A DNA stretch of 60,032 nt, counting the filler, from Rhabdomonas costata (taxonomy: Eukaryota), in assembly GCA_019059605.1 (NCBI GenBank). It is 10 parts of 10 records of this genome, joined end to end, with 100 filler letters (N's around TTAATTAATTAA, not from the genome) between each part and the next. Parts side by side here need not be neighbours in the genome. Positions count along the whole stretch, not along the records: positions 1 to 5,822 come from JAHMHO010000039.1; positions 5,923 to 11,689 come from JAHMHO010000040.1; 8 more parts are not named here. One strand, 5' to 3'. Shown piece by piece: positions 1 to 10,680 of this stretch; the first letter of the stretch is position 1; each line of letters starts with the position of its first letter. The translations under genes were made by a program, and so were the position numbers. The notes under the pieces are model-generated. The model searched no databases. It was not told the origin of the DNA and saw nothing but the letters and a program-made list of their open reading frames with translations.

Positions 1-1
1 T

Positions 2-3000
2 TTGTGTGTGGCCCATATGTGGCGCACGGTTCCAAAGGGCTTTTCGATATCTTCCATTCATGAGAGACTTCAGCGATGCTGTGGAGACACATTTCCATAC
101 GCAGTTCAACTCCAGATCGCATGGCATCGGTCTGTCAGGCTCCTGATGCAGTGGATTCAGGAAGGAATCGAAAAGCCCTTTGGAACCGTGCGCCACATAT
201 GGGCCAGACACGAATTCCAGACGGACGTTGGTAACCTCAGTCACGTCCATTTCTTTGTCTGGACAGAGGAGCAAAGCCTCGGAAATCCAGAGCTTGGGGA
301 GAACTTCCGACAGGACGCCGCAGCTGCTTTGGAAAGAATCACTGCCAGTATCACCGAGAGAACGTTCGCTGGCCTTCCGAATGCTGAGGCTTTGAGACAG
401 CTAGCGCTGAAAATCCAGATGCACAACTGTGGGACAAAGTGCACCATGCCAGATGGGACCTGCCGGTTCCATGCTCCTTTCCCATGCCATGATTGGGACA
501 AGTTCGTCCCGATGCATGTCGAGATTCCACAGGCACTTGAGAACATTCTGATTGAGGCCAAGCTTGCCATAAAGAAGGAAGACGGAAGTATTGAGCTCAA
601 CCCCGTGCTGACTGGAGGAAAGCACTGCCCAGCCCGTGGCTTTGCCTGCGAGAGAGTTAGTTCCTTTAGTCCACTTCTCTTTGCTGCAACTCTCTCCCAT
701 GGCAACGCCCAAGTTTGCAACGGGCGTTTTGTTCTGGCATATCTCGTAAAGTACGCAGCCAGCGAGGAGGAAAGGTGTGTCGTGGCCCTAACTCAGAAGA
801 CATCAGCATCATGTGGGGCGACAGTTTCTGATCACAAAAAAAGAAAGCGTGTCGCTGTTCCTTCAAAGGATGAAGCTGCCACAGGGCATCAGATTTCAAT
901 GACCGAAATTTTATTCCACTGCTTGGCTCTTCCAACAGTTTTCTCTACGTTTGAGCCTGTACATGTGAACTCTGGTCCGTTAGAGCACAGATACGTGCCC
1001 TTCAAACCAGGATTCATCCCTGGAAGTGACTGTGGTGGAACTGAGCCTCCAAATGGAATTGTGCAGCCTCCAAATGATGCTTATGATGCTTCTTCAGACT
1101 CATCCCACCAAGAAGCTACTACACTTGATCACACACGTGTCGGTGGCACACAAACGCCAGATGGAACCTGGGTACCGCTGTGGCCTGACCGTGAACCTCA
1201 TTCCGAGCAACAAATCACAGTTCATCGACACAAATTTGATCGCTTTGCTGCTGACAAGGTCACTGTTTACTGCCTCCGGCCTCCTGAACTATGGTCTCTA
1301 ACTTTTGATGAGTACTTCGCCAACGTGTCGATTAAATACCAGCCACGGCCTTCAGCTGCAGATGCCCAGCAAATCAGGCTCGACTGGAAGTCAAATGGTC
1401 TTCTCGACCTCAGAGACTATAGGGTGTGGCTTAGACCCACATTCGGTCTCGACCAGAGGCTCGTTACGGATCTTTTTAAAAGACTGGGTCATCCTGAACT
1501 GGCGTTACCGTTTACAGTGGCTGTAAGGCAGAAGCTCTCTTTGTGTTTCTCTCCCGAAAATTGGGTAACTTCTTTGGTGAACTTTGACCTTTTGGAAGCG
1601 GTCGTTGTCCATCCCAGATACTCTCCAGCTCAACCTGCTGCGTGGTTTGTCCAAAGGGCGATCCGCAATCATGTCTTTGGTGATGAAGAAGAGCTCCTTC
1701 AAAACTACATGCTTCATGTCCGAGAAAATCCTCCCGATGTCCTGACACTGATACACGATTTCGTCCTTGAAGAACTCCGGTTCTGGCCCGTAGGCTACCG
1801 CACAATGTTCAAAATCGTTGAAAGTGTGTGGAATGTATGCTCCGCACGTCCATGCTTTGAGCTTTCCTGGGCGACAAGCGATGAGGAAGCTGGTGATATC
1901 TTCGTTGAAGCCTTCGATCAGCTCATATCTGAAATGGAGATACGCCATTCAGCCGCTTTGTCGTGTCTTCCACCGTGGCAGAAGGCCCAAGGGCAACCTG
2001 ACGCGTCATGGGAGGAGCAGTCCTTGGCTTTCGGGGTTTTAAAGTCTCAGCTTCATCCTTTCTTTGACGGGAACTTCAGCTTGGACAATCAGCCGAACAT
2101 ATCACCGATTTATATTTCCGGAGGCCCAGGCGTAGGGAAAACCTTCTTGATGCTCACTATGGCGCGCGCTTTGCGCCAGGAAACCAGCACCTTCTGGGAG
2201 GTTGTCACCCTGTCTGCGCACAGAGCTGCTGAAATTGGAGGAGTGCACATCCACCTCTTTTTTGGGTTTAAGGTGGGGAATATGAAAAGAAGCACCGCCG
2301 CCAGTTTGGCTGCTTCGTCCATTCAGACACTCAACAGGCATCCTGAGCGGAAGCGGAGGTTGCAAGTTCTGCAAGTGCTCTTCGTCGATGAGTTTGCTCA
2401 GGTGGGCGCCCTGTTGAACGCCGCCATAGACATGCTGTTGCGCTTCATCAGGCAGGTGGACCTGCCATACGGCGGTGTTACCGTGGTGGCCTGTGGAGAC
2501 CACTACCAGATAGAACCAATCGACGAACCTTCCCCACTGCGTTCATGGTTCGTGAAGTTTCACTTTAGAACAATCCCTCTGAAGCAGCTCTTTCGATCAT
2601 CAGGTGACCCCGTTTTGCAGCACCAGATTCGCACGGCACGAACTCCTGTTCTGACTGAAGTACAAGCAACGCAGATATTGGACGCCATCGAGAGCCACTG
2701 TCAGCGAGTTTCCGCCTCCGCAGTGCCTTCCGAAGCTACATGGATACTAACAACGAACCAGGCAGTCGCCGAGGCTCGAGACACGCTGTACGAGAAGAGC
2801 CAGGCTGATAAAACTGAGCTCCTTAGTCATGATTATCTCCTCAAATCTGGGTCTTGGGTCCTCACTCGAGACGCAAAGCATCTCCGCTTCCTTGAAAAAT
2901 TTTCCGCACTATGTGAAGTCGTCAAGGTGGTAAAGGGAGAATTCATGACAGTAACTCAGAACACCACGACCTCTGCAGGGATAATTCCCAATGGTACAAA

Positions 3001-3829
3001 AGGCAAGGTTGTTGCATTTGCTACCCACCCAGCAGAGACGGTCACTCTCTCTTTTGAGTCAGGGCGATCGCATTGCTTTACAAGGACGACCTCGCAGCCA
3101 ATGCACAGTCACTCCAACGTCAGCTTGAAGCGAGCGCAGTTTGCATTGGAGCTTGCGTGTGCCACCACCGTCCATCAAAGCCAAGGTTCGACGCTTCAGA
3201 GCATAGCAACCACCGTGGATGGTCAAAGCAAGAACAGATTCTGGAGCAGGAGCATGCTGTTCACTTTGCTGAGCAGGGTCAGGACACTCGGAAGCATTTA
3301 CCTTATTGGGTACAATGTCGTTGCTCGCCAGCTGCTTAAGTCATTGCTGCTCACAAGGAACCATTGGTACGCCTATGCTGATTACTGGGTGGAAGTGGCC
3401 AGTCTCCTCAGACCAATTTCAACAGTGGTAGTTCGTTCACCAGCGCTACCAAGGGCACCATTTTATGGAGGCAGTTCCGGACTTCATCCTCCTGGAGCAA
3501 ACGAGAACGCGGTCTACTTCATCTGCAGCCGAATGCACGGTATCACTTACGTGGGCTCAACCACAAACGTCGCCAACAGACTGGATCTCCACAATAGCGG
3601 ACTCGGAGCTCTGGCTACGACTTTCACTCGGGACTGGGAGCTCAAAGCCTGCATTTTAGGGTTCCCTGCTGGATCAGGAGGTTACTCAATTGCAAAGGAC
3701 TTCGAGACCACACTGCAGCACCAGCGCACCTCTCCTTACCCACCGCTGTCTACGTGGCTTGCAAAGGGTACAGCGTTGATGGAAGCGTGGCGCATGGACA
3801 AGTGTTTGCCACTGTGGCTATATGTGTAG
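2..3829 (+). CDS. Helitron-like RepHel transposase, 5'-partial: HUH Rep + PIF1 helicase + C-terminal GIY-YIG (SLX1-like) nuclease
   Basis: Uninterrupted 1275-aa ORF. Rep motif 2 is WARHEFQTDVGNLSHVHFFVW (~200-262) and motif 3 is AYLVKY (~738-755). Linker motifs ISMTEIL..LALP and YCLRPPEL are present. PIF1 motifs occur in order: GGPGVGKT (~2119), AAEIGGVHIH, VDEFAQV, GDHYQIEP, LKQLFRS, ACATTVHQSQGSTL, LLSRVR. The C-terminus has AVYFI..ITYVGSTTNVANRLDLHNSG..A..T..RDW..ILGF (~3509-3665). Confidence 0.9.
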   Translation: MCVAHMWRTVPKGFSISSIHERLQRCCGDTFPYAVQLQIAWHRSVRLLMQWIQEGIEKPFGTVRHIWARHEFQTDVGNLSHVHFFVWTEEQSLGNPELGENFRQDAAAALERITASITERTFAGLPNAEALRQLALKIQMHNCGTKCTMPDGTCRFHAPFPCHDWDKFVPMHVEIPQALENILIEAKLAIKKEDGSIELNPVLTGGKHCPARGFACERVSSFSPLLFAATLSHGNAQVCNGRFVLAYLVKYAASEEERCVVALTQKTSASCGATVSDHKKRKRVAVPSKDEAATGHQISMTEILFHCLALPTVFSTFEPVHVNSGPLEHRYVPFKPGFIPGSDCGGTEPPNGIVQPPNDAYDASSDSSHQEATTLDHTRVGGTQTPDGTWVPLWPDREPHSEQQITVHRHKFDRFAADKVTVYCLRPPELWSLTFDEYFANVSIKYQPRPSAADAQQIRLDWKSNGLLDLRDYRVWLRPTFGLDQRLVTDLFKRLGHPELALPFTVAVRQKLSLCFSPENWVTSLVNFDLLEAVVVHPRYSPAQPAAWFVQRAIRNHVFGDEEELLQNYMLHVRENPPDVLTLIHDFVLEELRFWPVGYRTMFKIVESVWNVCSARPCFELSWATSDEEAGDIFVEAFDQLISEMEIRHSAALSCLPPWQKAQGQPDASWEEQSLAFGVLKSQLHPFFDGNFSLDNQPNISPIYISGGPGVGKTFLMLTMARALRQETSTFWEVVTLSAHRAAEIGGVHIHLFFGFKVGNMKRSTAASLAASSIQTLNRHPERKRRLQVLQVLFVDEFAQVGALLNAAIDMLLRFIRQVDLPYGGVTVVACGDHYQIEPIDEPSPLRSWFVKFHFRTIPLKQLFRSSGDPVLQHQIRTARTPVLTEVQATQILDAIESHCQRVSASAVPSEATWILTTNQAVAEARDTLYEKSQADKTELLSHDYLLKSGSWVLTRDAKHLRFLEKFSALCEVVKVVKGEFMTVTQNTTTSAGIIPNGTKGKVVAFATHPAETVTLSFESGRSHCFTRTTSQPMHSHSNVSLKRAQFALELACATTVHQSQGSTLQSIATTVDGQSKNRFWSRSMLFTLLSRVRTLGSIYLIGYNVVARQLLKSLLLTRNHWYAYADYWVEVASLLRPISTVVVRSPALPRAPFYGGSSGLHPPGANENAVYFICSRMHGITYVGSTTNVANRLDLHNSGLGALATTFTRDWELKACILGFPAGSGGYSIAKDFETTLQHQRTSPYPPLSTWLAKGTALMEAWRMDKCLPLWLYV

Positions 3830-3846
3830 ACCCTTTCTACAGTCTT

Positions 3847-3913
3847 GGGGGGATAGGGATTTGGACTTGGAAGCCTTTTGGTGGGGATAGGGATTCGAAA
3901 TTGGAAACCTTTC
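3847..3913 (+). repeat. Two imperfect ~34-bp direct repeats
   Basis: GGGGATAGGGATTtGgacTTGGAAgCCTTT and GGGGATAGGGATTcGaaaTTGGAAaCCTTT, just after the RepHel stop codon. Confidence 0.8.
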
Positions 3914-4140
3914 AGATATTTTCATAAACATGACAACAAATAACTTTCGTTTGCTGAAGCTCGCGCAAACAATTTGCCTTTACTTTATAGGCGTTATTTA
4001 CAACAACTTTGGGAAAGCATTAAAATGTTTTCTGGCAAAGGAAAATATTTCGTTCCTCCCAAACGTGTCAATAGGCTCTCTCTTTTCGTATTTGCAGAAT
4101 TTCAGTTTTTGGAACTTTGTTGTCTTTTTGGAATTCAGGA

Positions 4141-4719
4141 ATGTCTCAAAAAGAAGAAACAGAAAGTGCGCGCTCTCACGAAGTGGAAATCTCTGAGCAA
4201 AACGAAGCTCTTCTTGAGGCTGAAGGAATGGCACATCATTCTGAGGACTCGCAGCACTCACTCCACCCGGATGATCTCATCAGCATCAGCTCCGCAGATC
4301 AAAGCCAGCCAGACGAAGCTCAAGAAGGAGATAATCATGAAAATGACGGGCACTGCACTCCTTGTGGTGGTGAACCTGACCTACAGCCAGAACAGCCTCC
4401 AGCCAACGCTTTGCCTGAGCATCAATCTCCTCCGCATGACGACCTACTCCACGCTGTTCGACCCAGTCCTAGAACCTTCCGCCGAAGGAATCAGAGGATG
4501 CGAGCACAACTTGGCCTTCCACAACGAAAGCGCGGCCGTCCATCCAGGATGAGCCTTGAGGCGGACGATATTGCAATTTACCTCCTCACCCATGATCCAC
4601 AAGAGGTAAAAAAGGATGTTTTTTCAATCACGTGTGCTCAGATTTTCACACCAACTTCTGCTTTCGAGCGTTTGAGGACTCACACCGCAGCACAAGAGTA
4701 CCCTCATTGCCAGGGATGA
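4141..4719 (+). CDS. Hypothetical acidic/disordered protein with an AT-hook-like motif; probably the first exon of a spliced gene
   Basis: Open frame MSQKEETESARSHEVE..., rich in E/D/H/Q/P, containing RKRGRPSR. A possible donor site GAG|GTAAAA lies near 4605. Confidence 0.4.
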   Translation: MSQKEETESARSHEVEISEQNEALLEAEGMAHHSEDSQHSLHPDDLISISSADQSQPDEAQEGDNHENDGHCTPCGGEPDLQPEQPPANALPEHQSPPHDDLLHAVRPSPRTFRRRNQRMRAQLGLPQRKRGRPSRMSLEADDIAIYLLTHDPQEVKKDVFSITCAQIFTPTSAFERLRTHTAAQEYPHCQG

Positions 4720-5569
4720 AGCAGGTCATATTCTTTCGAAAGAAGAAACGCTCATATCCATAAACACTGCGTTTCACACACCCGCATTTCCACATCTTTA
4801 TACCAGTACATGATTTTAACCACAAATAAGGCGCAGTTAGTATCTCTCGCCGTGCCGTCACTGCATCGAAAGTTAAAGTAAAGCTAACCTTGAACCCTGT
4901 TTCTCATCCCGATTATGTTTTATTGGCAGAATGAGTGCGAAAATCAGGCCGTGCACGGCGCAGAATCCAGCTCAAGCTCAACCTCAAGCTCATCATCATC
5001 AAGCTCCAGCATGGCATCAGGCCAAAGCTCATCCCAGGCACTGCAAATTTCCTTTTCAATTGATGCTTGGTGTCAATTCTTCATATTTGTTGCCAACGCA
5101 CCCATCACACCACAATCCATAGATTCTTCAACAACCGCTTCCTCATGAAAGACAAGCTCCAGACGACACCAACTCCGCAGATGAAGACGACGAGGTTCAC
5201 CGCTTTTTTAGGTGGTCTACAACTTCTCACTTGACTAATGCCAAACACTCATTAACTTTGACTTTTTCAGACACCCTCGGAGGAGAGTTGACAACATCGG
5301 CACGCGGATCAACGCGGATCAACGACGTGAACCAAAGCTGAATCGGACACCATGCCCTATATTCTAGTGTTCTGTTTCTCTGCGGAACAAAGATCAACTG
5401 TGGTAATCCTTGACTCTTTTGAGCCACTCGAACGCACCTGGTGTGATGCGGTTTCCATGGACCAGATTCTGTTGCCATTCGTTGACAGGGACATGCTCGG
5501 TGGATCTTTAGTGCTAGGATTGGAAAGGTCCCCGTACAACGTCTCCCAATATGTGTAGTGACACCTGCA

Positions 5570-5822
5570 TGTCCTTTTCGGGTTTGTCCCTTTTCAGTAA
5601 TCTTTTTGCTGCATGTCCTTTTTCAGTGTATGACCTTTTATTCGGTGACCTTTTTCGGGCTGTCCTTTTTTGGGAAGTGTCCTTTTCCGGTAGGTGACCT
5701 TTTTCCCTCTGTCCTTTTTCGATGGACCTGTCCTTTTTCGTTGGGTGACCTTTTTTCCTGTGTGTCCTTTTTCGGGAAAGTGTCCTTTTTCGGTACGTGA
5801 CCTTTTTGCTGCGTGTCCTTTT
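5570..5822 (+). repeat. Array of ~16 TGWCCTTTTT motifs with variable short spacers
   Basis: Units such as TGTCCTTTTTcgggaaag, TGACCTTTTTcgggc and TGTCCTTTTTcgatggacc. Period about 13-19 nt; truncated by the scaffold end. Confidence 0.9.
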
Positions 5823-5922
5823 NNNNNNNNNNNNNNNNNNNNNNNNNNNNNNNNNNNNNNNNNNNNTTAATTAATTAANNNNNNNNNNNNNNNNNNNNNN
5901 NNNNNNNNNNNNNNNNNNNNNN
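5823..5922. other. Artificial scaffold linker N-TTAATTAATTAA-N (also 11690-11789, 17710-17809, 23623-23722, 29484-29583, 35340-35439, 41176-41275, 48179-48278, 53976-54075)
   Basis: The same 100-bp N-flanked six-frame-stop spacer recurs about every 5.8-7 kb. Confidence 0.97.
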
Positions 5923-7769
5923 GGGGTTTTGGGTATCAAGATATCAATGTCCAGACTACCGGGGATGTCTGGTTAAGTGTACTGCAGGCTGCGGCGCGCA
6001 GGTGACGATCCTTGGCGGGTTGTTAGCTGGGTATTTGCCGCTGGTACAAAAAGCAAAAAGGAGACCTGAATCATCGATTCTGCAGTGGTGTGGCGAGCAT
6101 GAAAAAACACAAATATGGAGGCACAAAGAAGAACACTAGAAAACACGGTCTTCACGTGGTGTGTGGTGTCTCTGAACGAGTCACTCTATCCAGAGTTAAA
6201 ACTTTACAGTACCATTCTACTGGGGATCGATTCACATCCCCCAGTTTTGGTACTGCGTGTTTCTGTTGTGGTACATGTCCCGTTACCAGGTGTGGCTGCT
6301 TTCCTCAGTGGCAGTCGTTAAAAGGGTACTTCCTCTGCTTCCAAGAGACGTGAAATAGAAACGTTTTGTCACGTGTCACTAGACTCTAAGTTTATTCTTT
6401 ATTTCAATCACAATTTGGTTGAATTTTGTATCATGCGGTGTGTCTGCTTTGCACAATGAAAACCGGTTGTAATATGAGACGCACAGAGAGCTATCTGAGA
6501 GCAATAAAAACGAGCGAACAGGCTGCTTTTGTGAGCGTATATTTGCACACTGATGTGCTTGCATTGTTTTGAAATGATGTGATGATGACAATTTGGGTGG
6601 GTAAATGGAGAAAAAATTAGAGTTTCATACACAAAGATTAAGCTAACTATACCAGTCGGTAGGTGAGCACAGTGAACACAAAAGAGGTTTCCGGTAGTGC
6701 TGTATGGTTGTAATGACAGCGGCGGATGTCATTGGTTGTCAAACCAACGGGCTTTAGTAAACCAAGCAAAAAAGAAAACTGTCAGTTTTGCACAAGTAGA
6801 GAGAAATAAATGAGAAGATGCTTCAATATGAAGTAGTTTGGTAGGTATGTTGTGGAATTTGCATGAAAAATGGCATCTAAACAACACAAAAATAAATCAA
6901 AATTTCTGAGACAACACACAATCAACAAGAGAGGTAATATTGTGCTATTGTGGAGGTTGTCGTACGGAGCATGACGTGGCTACGTACAAGTATTTATTCT
7001 AGGCTTTAATCGTGACTGCAATAATTTTAGTAGTTTACTTGAAGACTCCAGAGTCCAATATTGTGTAAATAGAAGCACTTGGGCGTGTTCTTGACATATA
7101 TATAATGCAAAACAATTGGTATAAGTTACCATGGTGTGTTAGCGTAAAGATCAACGTCATGGTCCCAGTAGAAATTAAAAGCATTGAAACTGGTAGCAAT
7201 CATGTCAGCTTCATCATGTAAAAATTAGGATGGAACCTAATTGTGTGTTGCAGAAGCAAAAATGTCAACTTATCAAACATGTGAGAAATTTTGACAGATG
7301 GCATTGAAAATGGGTGCTAACATGACATCCTCTTCTGTAAAAAAAAAGATGGCAACGGAATGCGGTAGGTAACCGAAGGGTCAATGTGATGTTGAAATTG
7401 TCATCTAAAACATGGTTTTCTGATGTCACGTTAGATGCAATGGAAGCAAACATGCAATAAAAAAGCAATTTTGTTTGCTTAAAACAATGATGGTGGTGGA
7501 AGTGGGAATTCCGAGTTGTGGTAAACCGATGTATGCATTGATAGTGATTGCCTTTAGCTGTTGGTAGAGTACTTTACGTGCGTGGTCAATGGTATCTTTT
7601 CTAAGTAGTCGTTAACTGGAGGTGATTGCTTTCTGGCAGATGGCTCATGGTAAGTTGTTGCTATGTCATTCTAATACGAGGCTGCACCTTGCAATGTTTG
7701 AAGATTGCATGTACCATTTATTGTTCTAGTTGCTAGCCATTAGATCTACCATTTGATTATCAGATGGAG

Positions 7770-10680
7770 GAGGCGGCGGTCGGTGTTGAGAAGAACTTCC
7801 GTAAACGTCATATTTGTCGTCGTCTTCCTGTAAAAACCAACCTGGTCCAGGATTAGTGCCTGGTATGGAACGAGTTGGCTGGTGTGAAAGACATGGGTCT
7901 GACGTATGCAATTTTTTAAATTGGATTTTGACGTGAGGCTCATTAACGTTTTAATCTGTTACAATGACAAACGGGACCATGCATTATCGCTGATGTTTGG
8001 TATAGTTGAGCAGTACTATATTGCTTAAGCTGAACTCTTAGTACAGTAGTTTTCGGTTGGCAGGAACGCGAACGCGTGATTGTTTCAAAGGCTGCGTTAA
8101 TGTCTTTCCGACATTGTTTTAAACGCTTCACAAACTCCTTGACTATCTCCTGCTCTGTGTATGACAAAATGAACAGAGTGGAATCAGTAATTCAGGTGTT
8201 AAGGACAAAAATCTGTGTTCTCTCGTGTTGGAGCATTGCTAACGGCCACTTCCTCCAACGGTTTGTTATTAACCCAGTGAACTGTATGTCGTTGTAACTG
8301 CAGTATTCGAAGGACCTCCTTTACTGTCTGATTAGTCTTTTCAGCTTTTCCGTTATTCTGTGGATATCACGTGGTTAAAGCTCGTATTTTGATGTCCAGG
8401 GCTTCTCGCACTGCTTTCCAAAATTTGAGTGCGAAAAGCTGATCATTATTGGAGATCAAATTTCTCAGTTGCCCACTGTACTTGACAATCTAAAAACTGT
8501 GCTGCTGTAATCTCAGAGGTTTTGAGCTCGTTGTTTGGAATCAGATGAATCATTTTTGCTCCTCTGTCTGTAACCGTTAGGATCTGGTCAAAAACCACAG
8601 CGTTTTACGTTAGTTGGCGCTAGTCAACATTTTCCATTCCATTTATACTGCTATTTTCGTTTAGTGATCTTTAGAGCTTCCAGTATACCACGCGGTAGAT
8701 TGTGCTCTGCCTTAATGAGTCGAAACTGGTGGAAGGTTTTGACATTTTCGCGGAAGCTTCGCTTGATGTGGTGAAAATTGTAGTGAAGTTTGATCATGGA
8801 TACCTTTCTGTTAATAACCAAATTTAATGGTGCATTGGAATTGTGGTACTTGTGAATGATTTCTGCAATTCTTGATGCTGGAACGACAATATTGTTGTAT
8901 TGCACATGCCTACTAATTGGTAGTTGAATGCTCCGTAAACCGTTAGTCCGATGTTGTTAAAACTACTTGGGTCTGCAATCGTTGTCGTCACAGTATTAGT
9001 TGCTAGTATTTTGCTTGATGCATATTGATGGGCGCGCAGAGATGACCATCAAAGTAAATGTACGTTGGCTTTTGCTTTTTAGTGGCTTATGAGATCAGAG
9101 AACTAAATAGCACTGACTAATCCATCGGTTTTTGAGACAGCGCTTCAGCTGATGAGTTAAGTCTCCCGGTATGTGGGTGATCCTGAGCTATAAAGCCTTT
9201 AGTTTTTATGGCCATCTTATTTGTATTGGTGAATGGCGGGGGCTTTACTGTAGGTACATTAGTTGGGAGTTGTTGGTATAGACATGCCATGCACTTCGTC
9301 TCCCAGTAGGTAATGACGCCATGATTATAATATCCACCAATGATAGTAGTTATTTAATGCGGTTGAACGTGTCCAATATAGGCAAGCAACAAGATGTAGG
9401 TCCCATTTCTCAAAGTGGTGTGACAGCGATGCACCTACACCAACTTCTCAATCTTCAGTGTTGTGAATGAGCGACTTGGAAAATTCTGGAACCATTAACG
9501 CTTGTTTATAAGAATTCTCCGTTTGAGCTCCTCACTAGATTCTTCTTCATCAGTTAGTGGCGCTGAAAGTTTTGAAACGTTGTTAGAAACCACAAAGGCC
9601 CAATAAGCTTTTCACGTCAGTGTGAAAGCTTTACACAATCCAAAGTGCATTGTCATGTAGTAAAACGTTCAATGCGTAGTTTTAAAGGCATTTAGATGGA
9701 CGTGCTTTGTGCACACTAGGATTTGGTGAAAGCCATAATGGAGATCAAGCGTGTTGTAATAGCAAGCCTTCCACAGAAGGTCAAGCATTTTATCAATCAT
9801 TGGTAGTGTATACCATTCTATTACCATTCTATTTTAGTGCTTGCTTTCAAATGTAGGTAGTAAACACAAGGTAAAACTTAGCTTTCAAAAAGAATGCCCC
9901 CTACACGTTATGTTCAATGAATTCATCCGCAAGTCCCTTCATCTGCTCTCGAGACTACTGAGTTGTTGATCTGGAACTTAGGCGTCCTTAACCAGGTCTA
10001 TTTTGTGACTGGTAGGCCGGGAATGTAGCAGACCTGATCTTGTAATGGAGGAGATACCCGAACTCTTACTTGAATTCAAGGACCAACTTAGGCACGTCAG
10101 GAGGAGCTCAGGACATCGTATTTAGTGGCCGACGTTTTTGTGTCAATCTTCATATAAAATAGACTGCAGTGTTACAGCTTTTGTATTCTCTTGAATTTTA
10201 TCTTCGGCTCTGCTGAATAAAGATCTTATGGATATCACTATCACAGAATTCCTCGGCTTCATCTGAAGAGATGATAAAAAACAGTACGGTAGTGATGACT
10301 TTGAAGAATCACCGATGGGAATATGCCTGATGGCGGATTTTCCTTGGTTATTTATCACTCTTTCTGGATCTGCACATGCTGCGGAGGTCCTCAGTAAGCG
10401 CTTACATTTGGGAAATATGTAGTGCCCGCCATGTTGGATTCAGGAGCTTCATATTGCTCTATTAGCGAAGCCCTAGTCACTTAACTGCAAATATAGCGCA
10501 AGCTCATGAAGCAGTTGATGTCATTTATAGTCGCTAACTAAACCAGCGTGGTGGTGTATACTTTTGTAATAGTGGGCAACGTGCCCTTGAGTCTTTTCTT
10601 CCGTGTGATTTTCAGCCCATTTCAGTATTATTAGGCTACACCTTTCTCCGCATACACAAAACTTGTGTGGACTATAGAAA
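7770..10680 (-). mobile_element. Decayed Ty3/Gypsy LTR-retrotransposon gag-pol, possibly chromovirus-type
   Basis: Minus-strand fragments in canonical order: zinc-knuckle-like FVCGEK (~10650); RT IDKMLDLL, LDLHYGFHQI, MHFGLC; RNase H WRHYLLG, ITHIPG; integrase zinc domain IVVPASRIAEIIHKYH..RGILEALKI; core GFDQILTVTDRGAKMIHLIP, ISNNDQLFALKFW, PQNNGKAEKTNQT; C-terminal HVFHTSQLVPY. Many stops and frameshifts. Confidence 0.85.

Larger units (their letters stand above)
1..5822 (+). mobile_element. Helitron-like element (HLE2/Helentron-like); termini not resolved
   Basis: Contains the RepHel ORF, a downstream accessory ORF and a repeat array that runs off the scaffold end. The extent beyond 3829 is inferred. 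Confidence 0.55.

Noticed and set aside
4940-5560. Ulp1/SENP protease (DCGV on the minus strand, VVILDSF on the plus strand)
   Set aside because: The motifs are on opposite strands and there is no HW catalytic motif.
5570-5822. CRISPR array
   Set aside because: A 10-bp repeat with 3-9-nt spacers is far too short; there are no cas genes and the context is eukaryotic.
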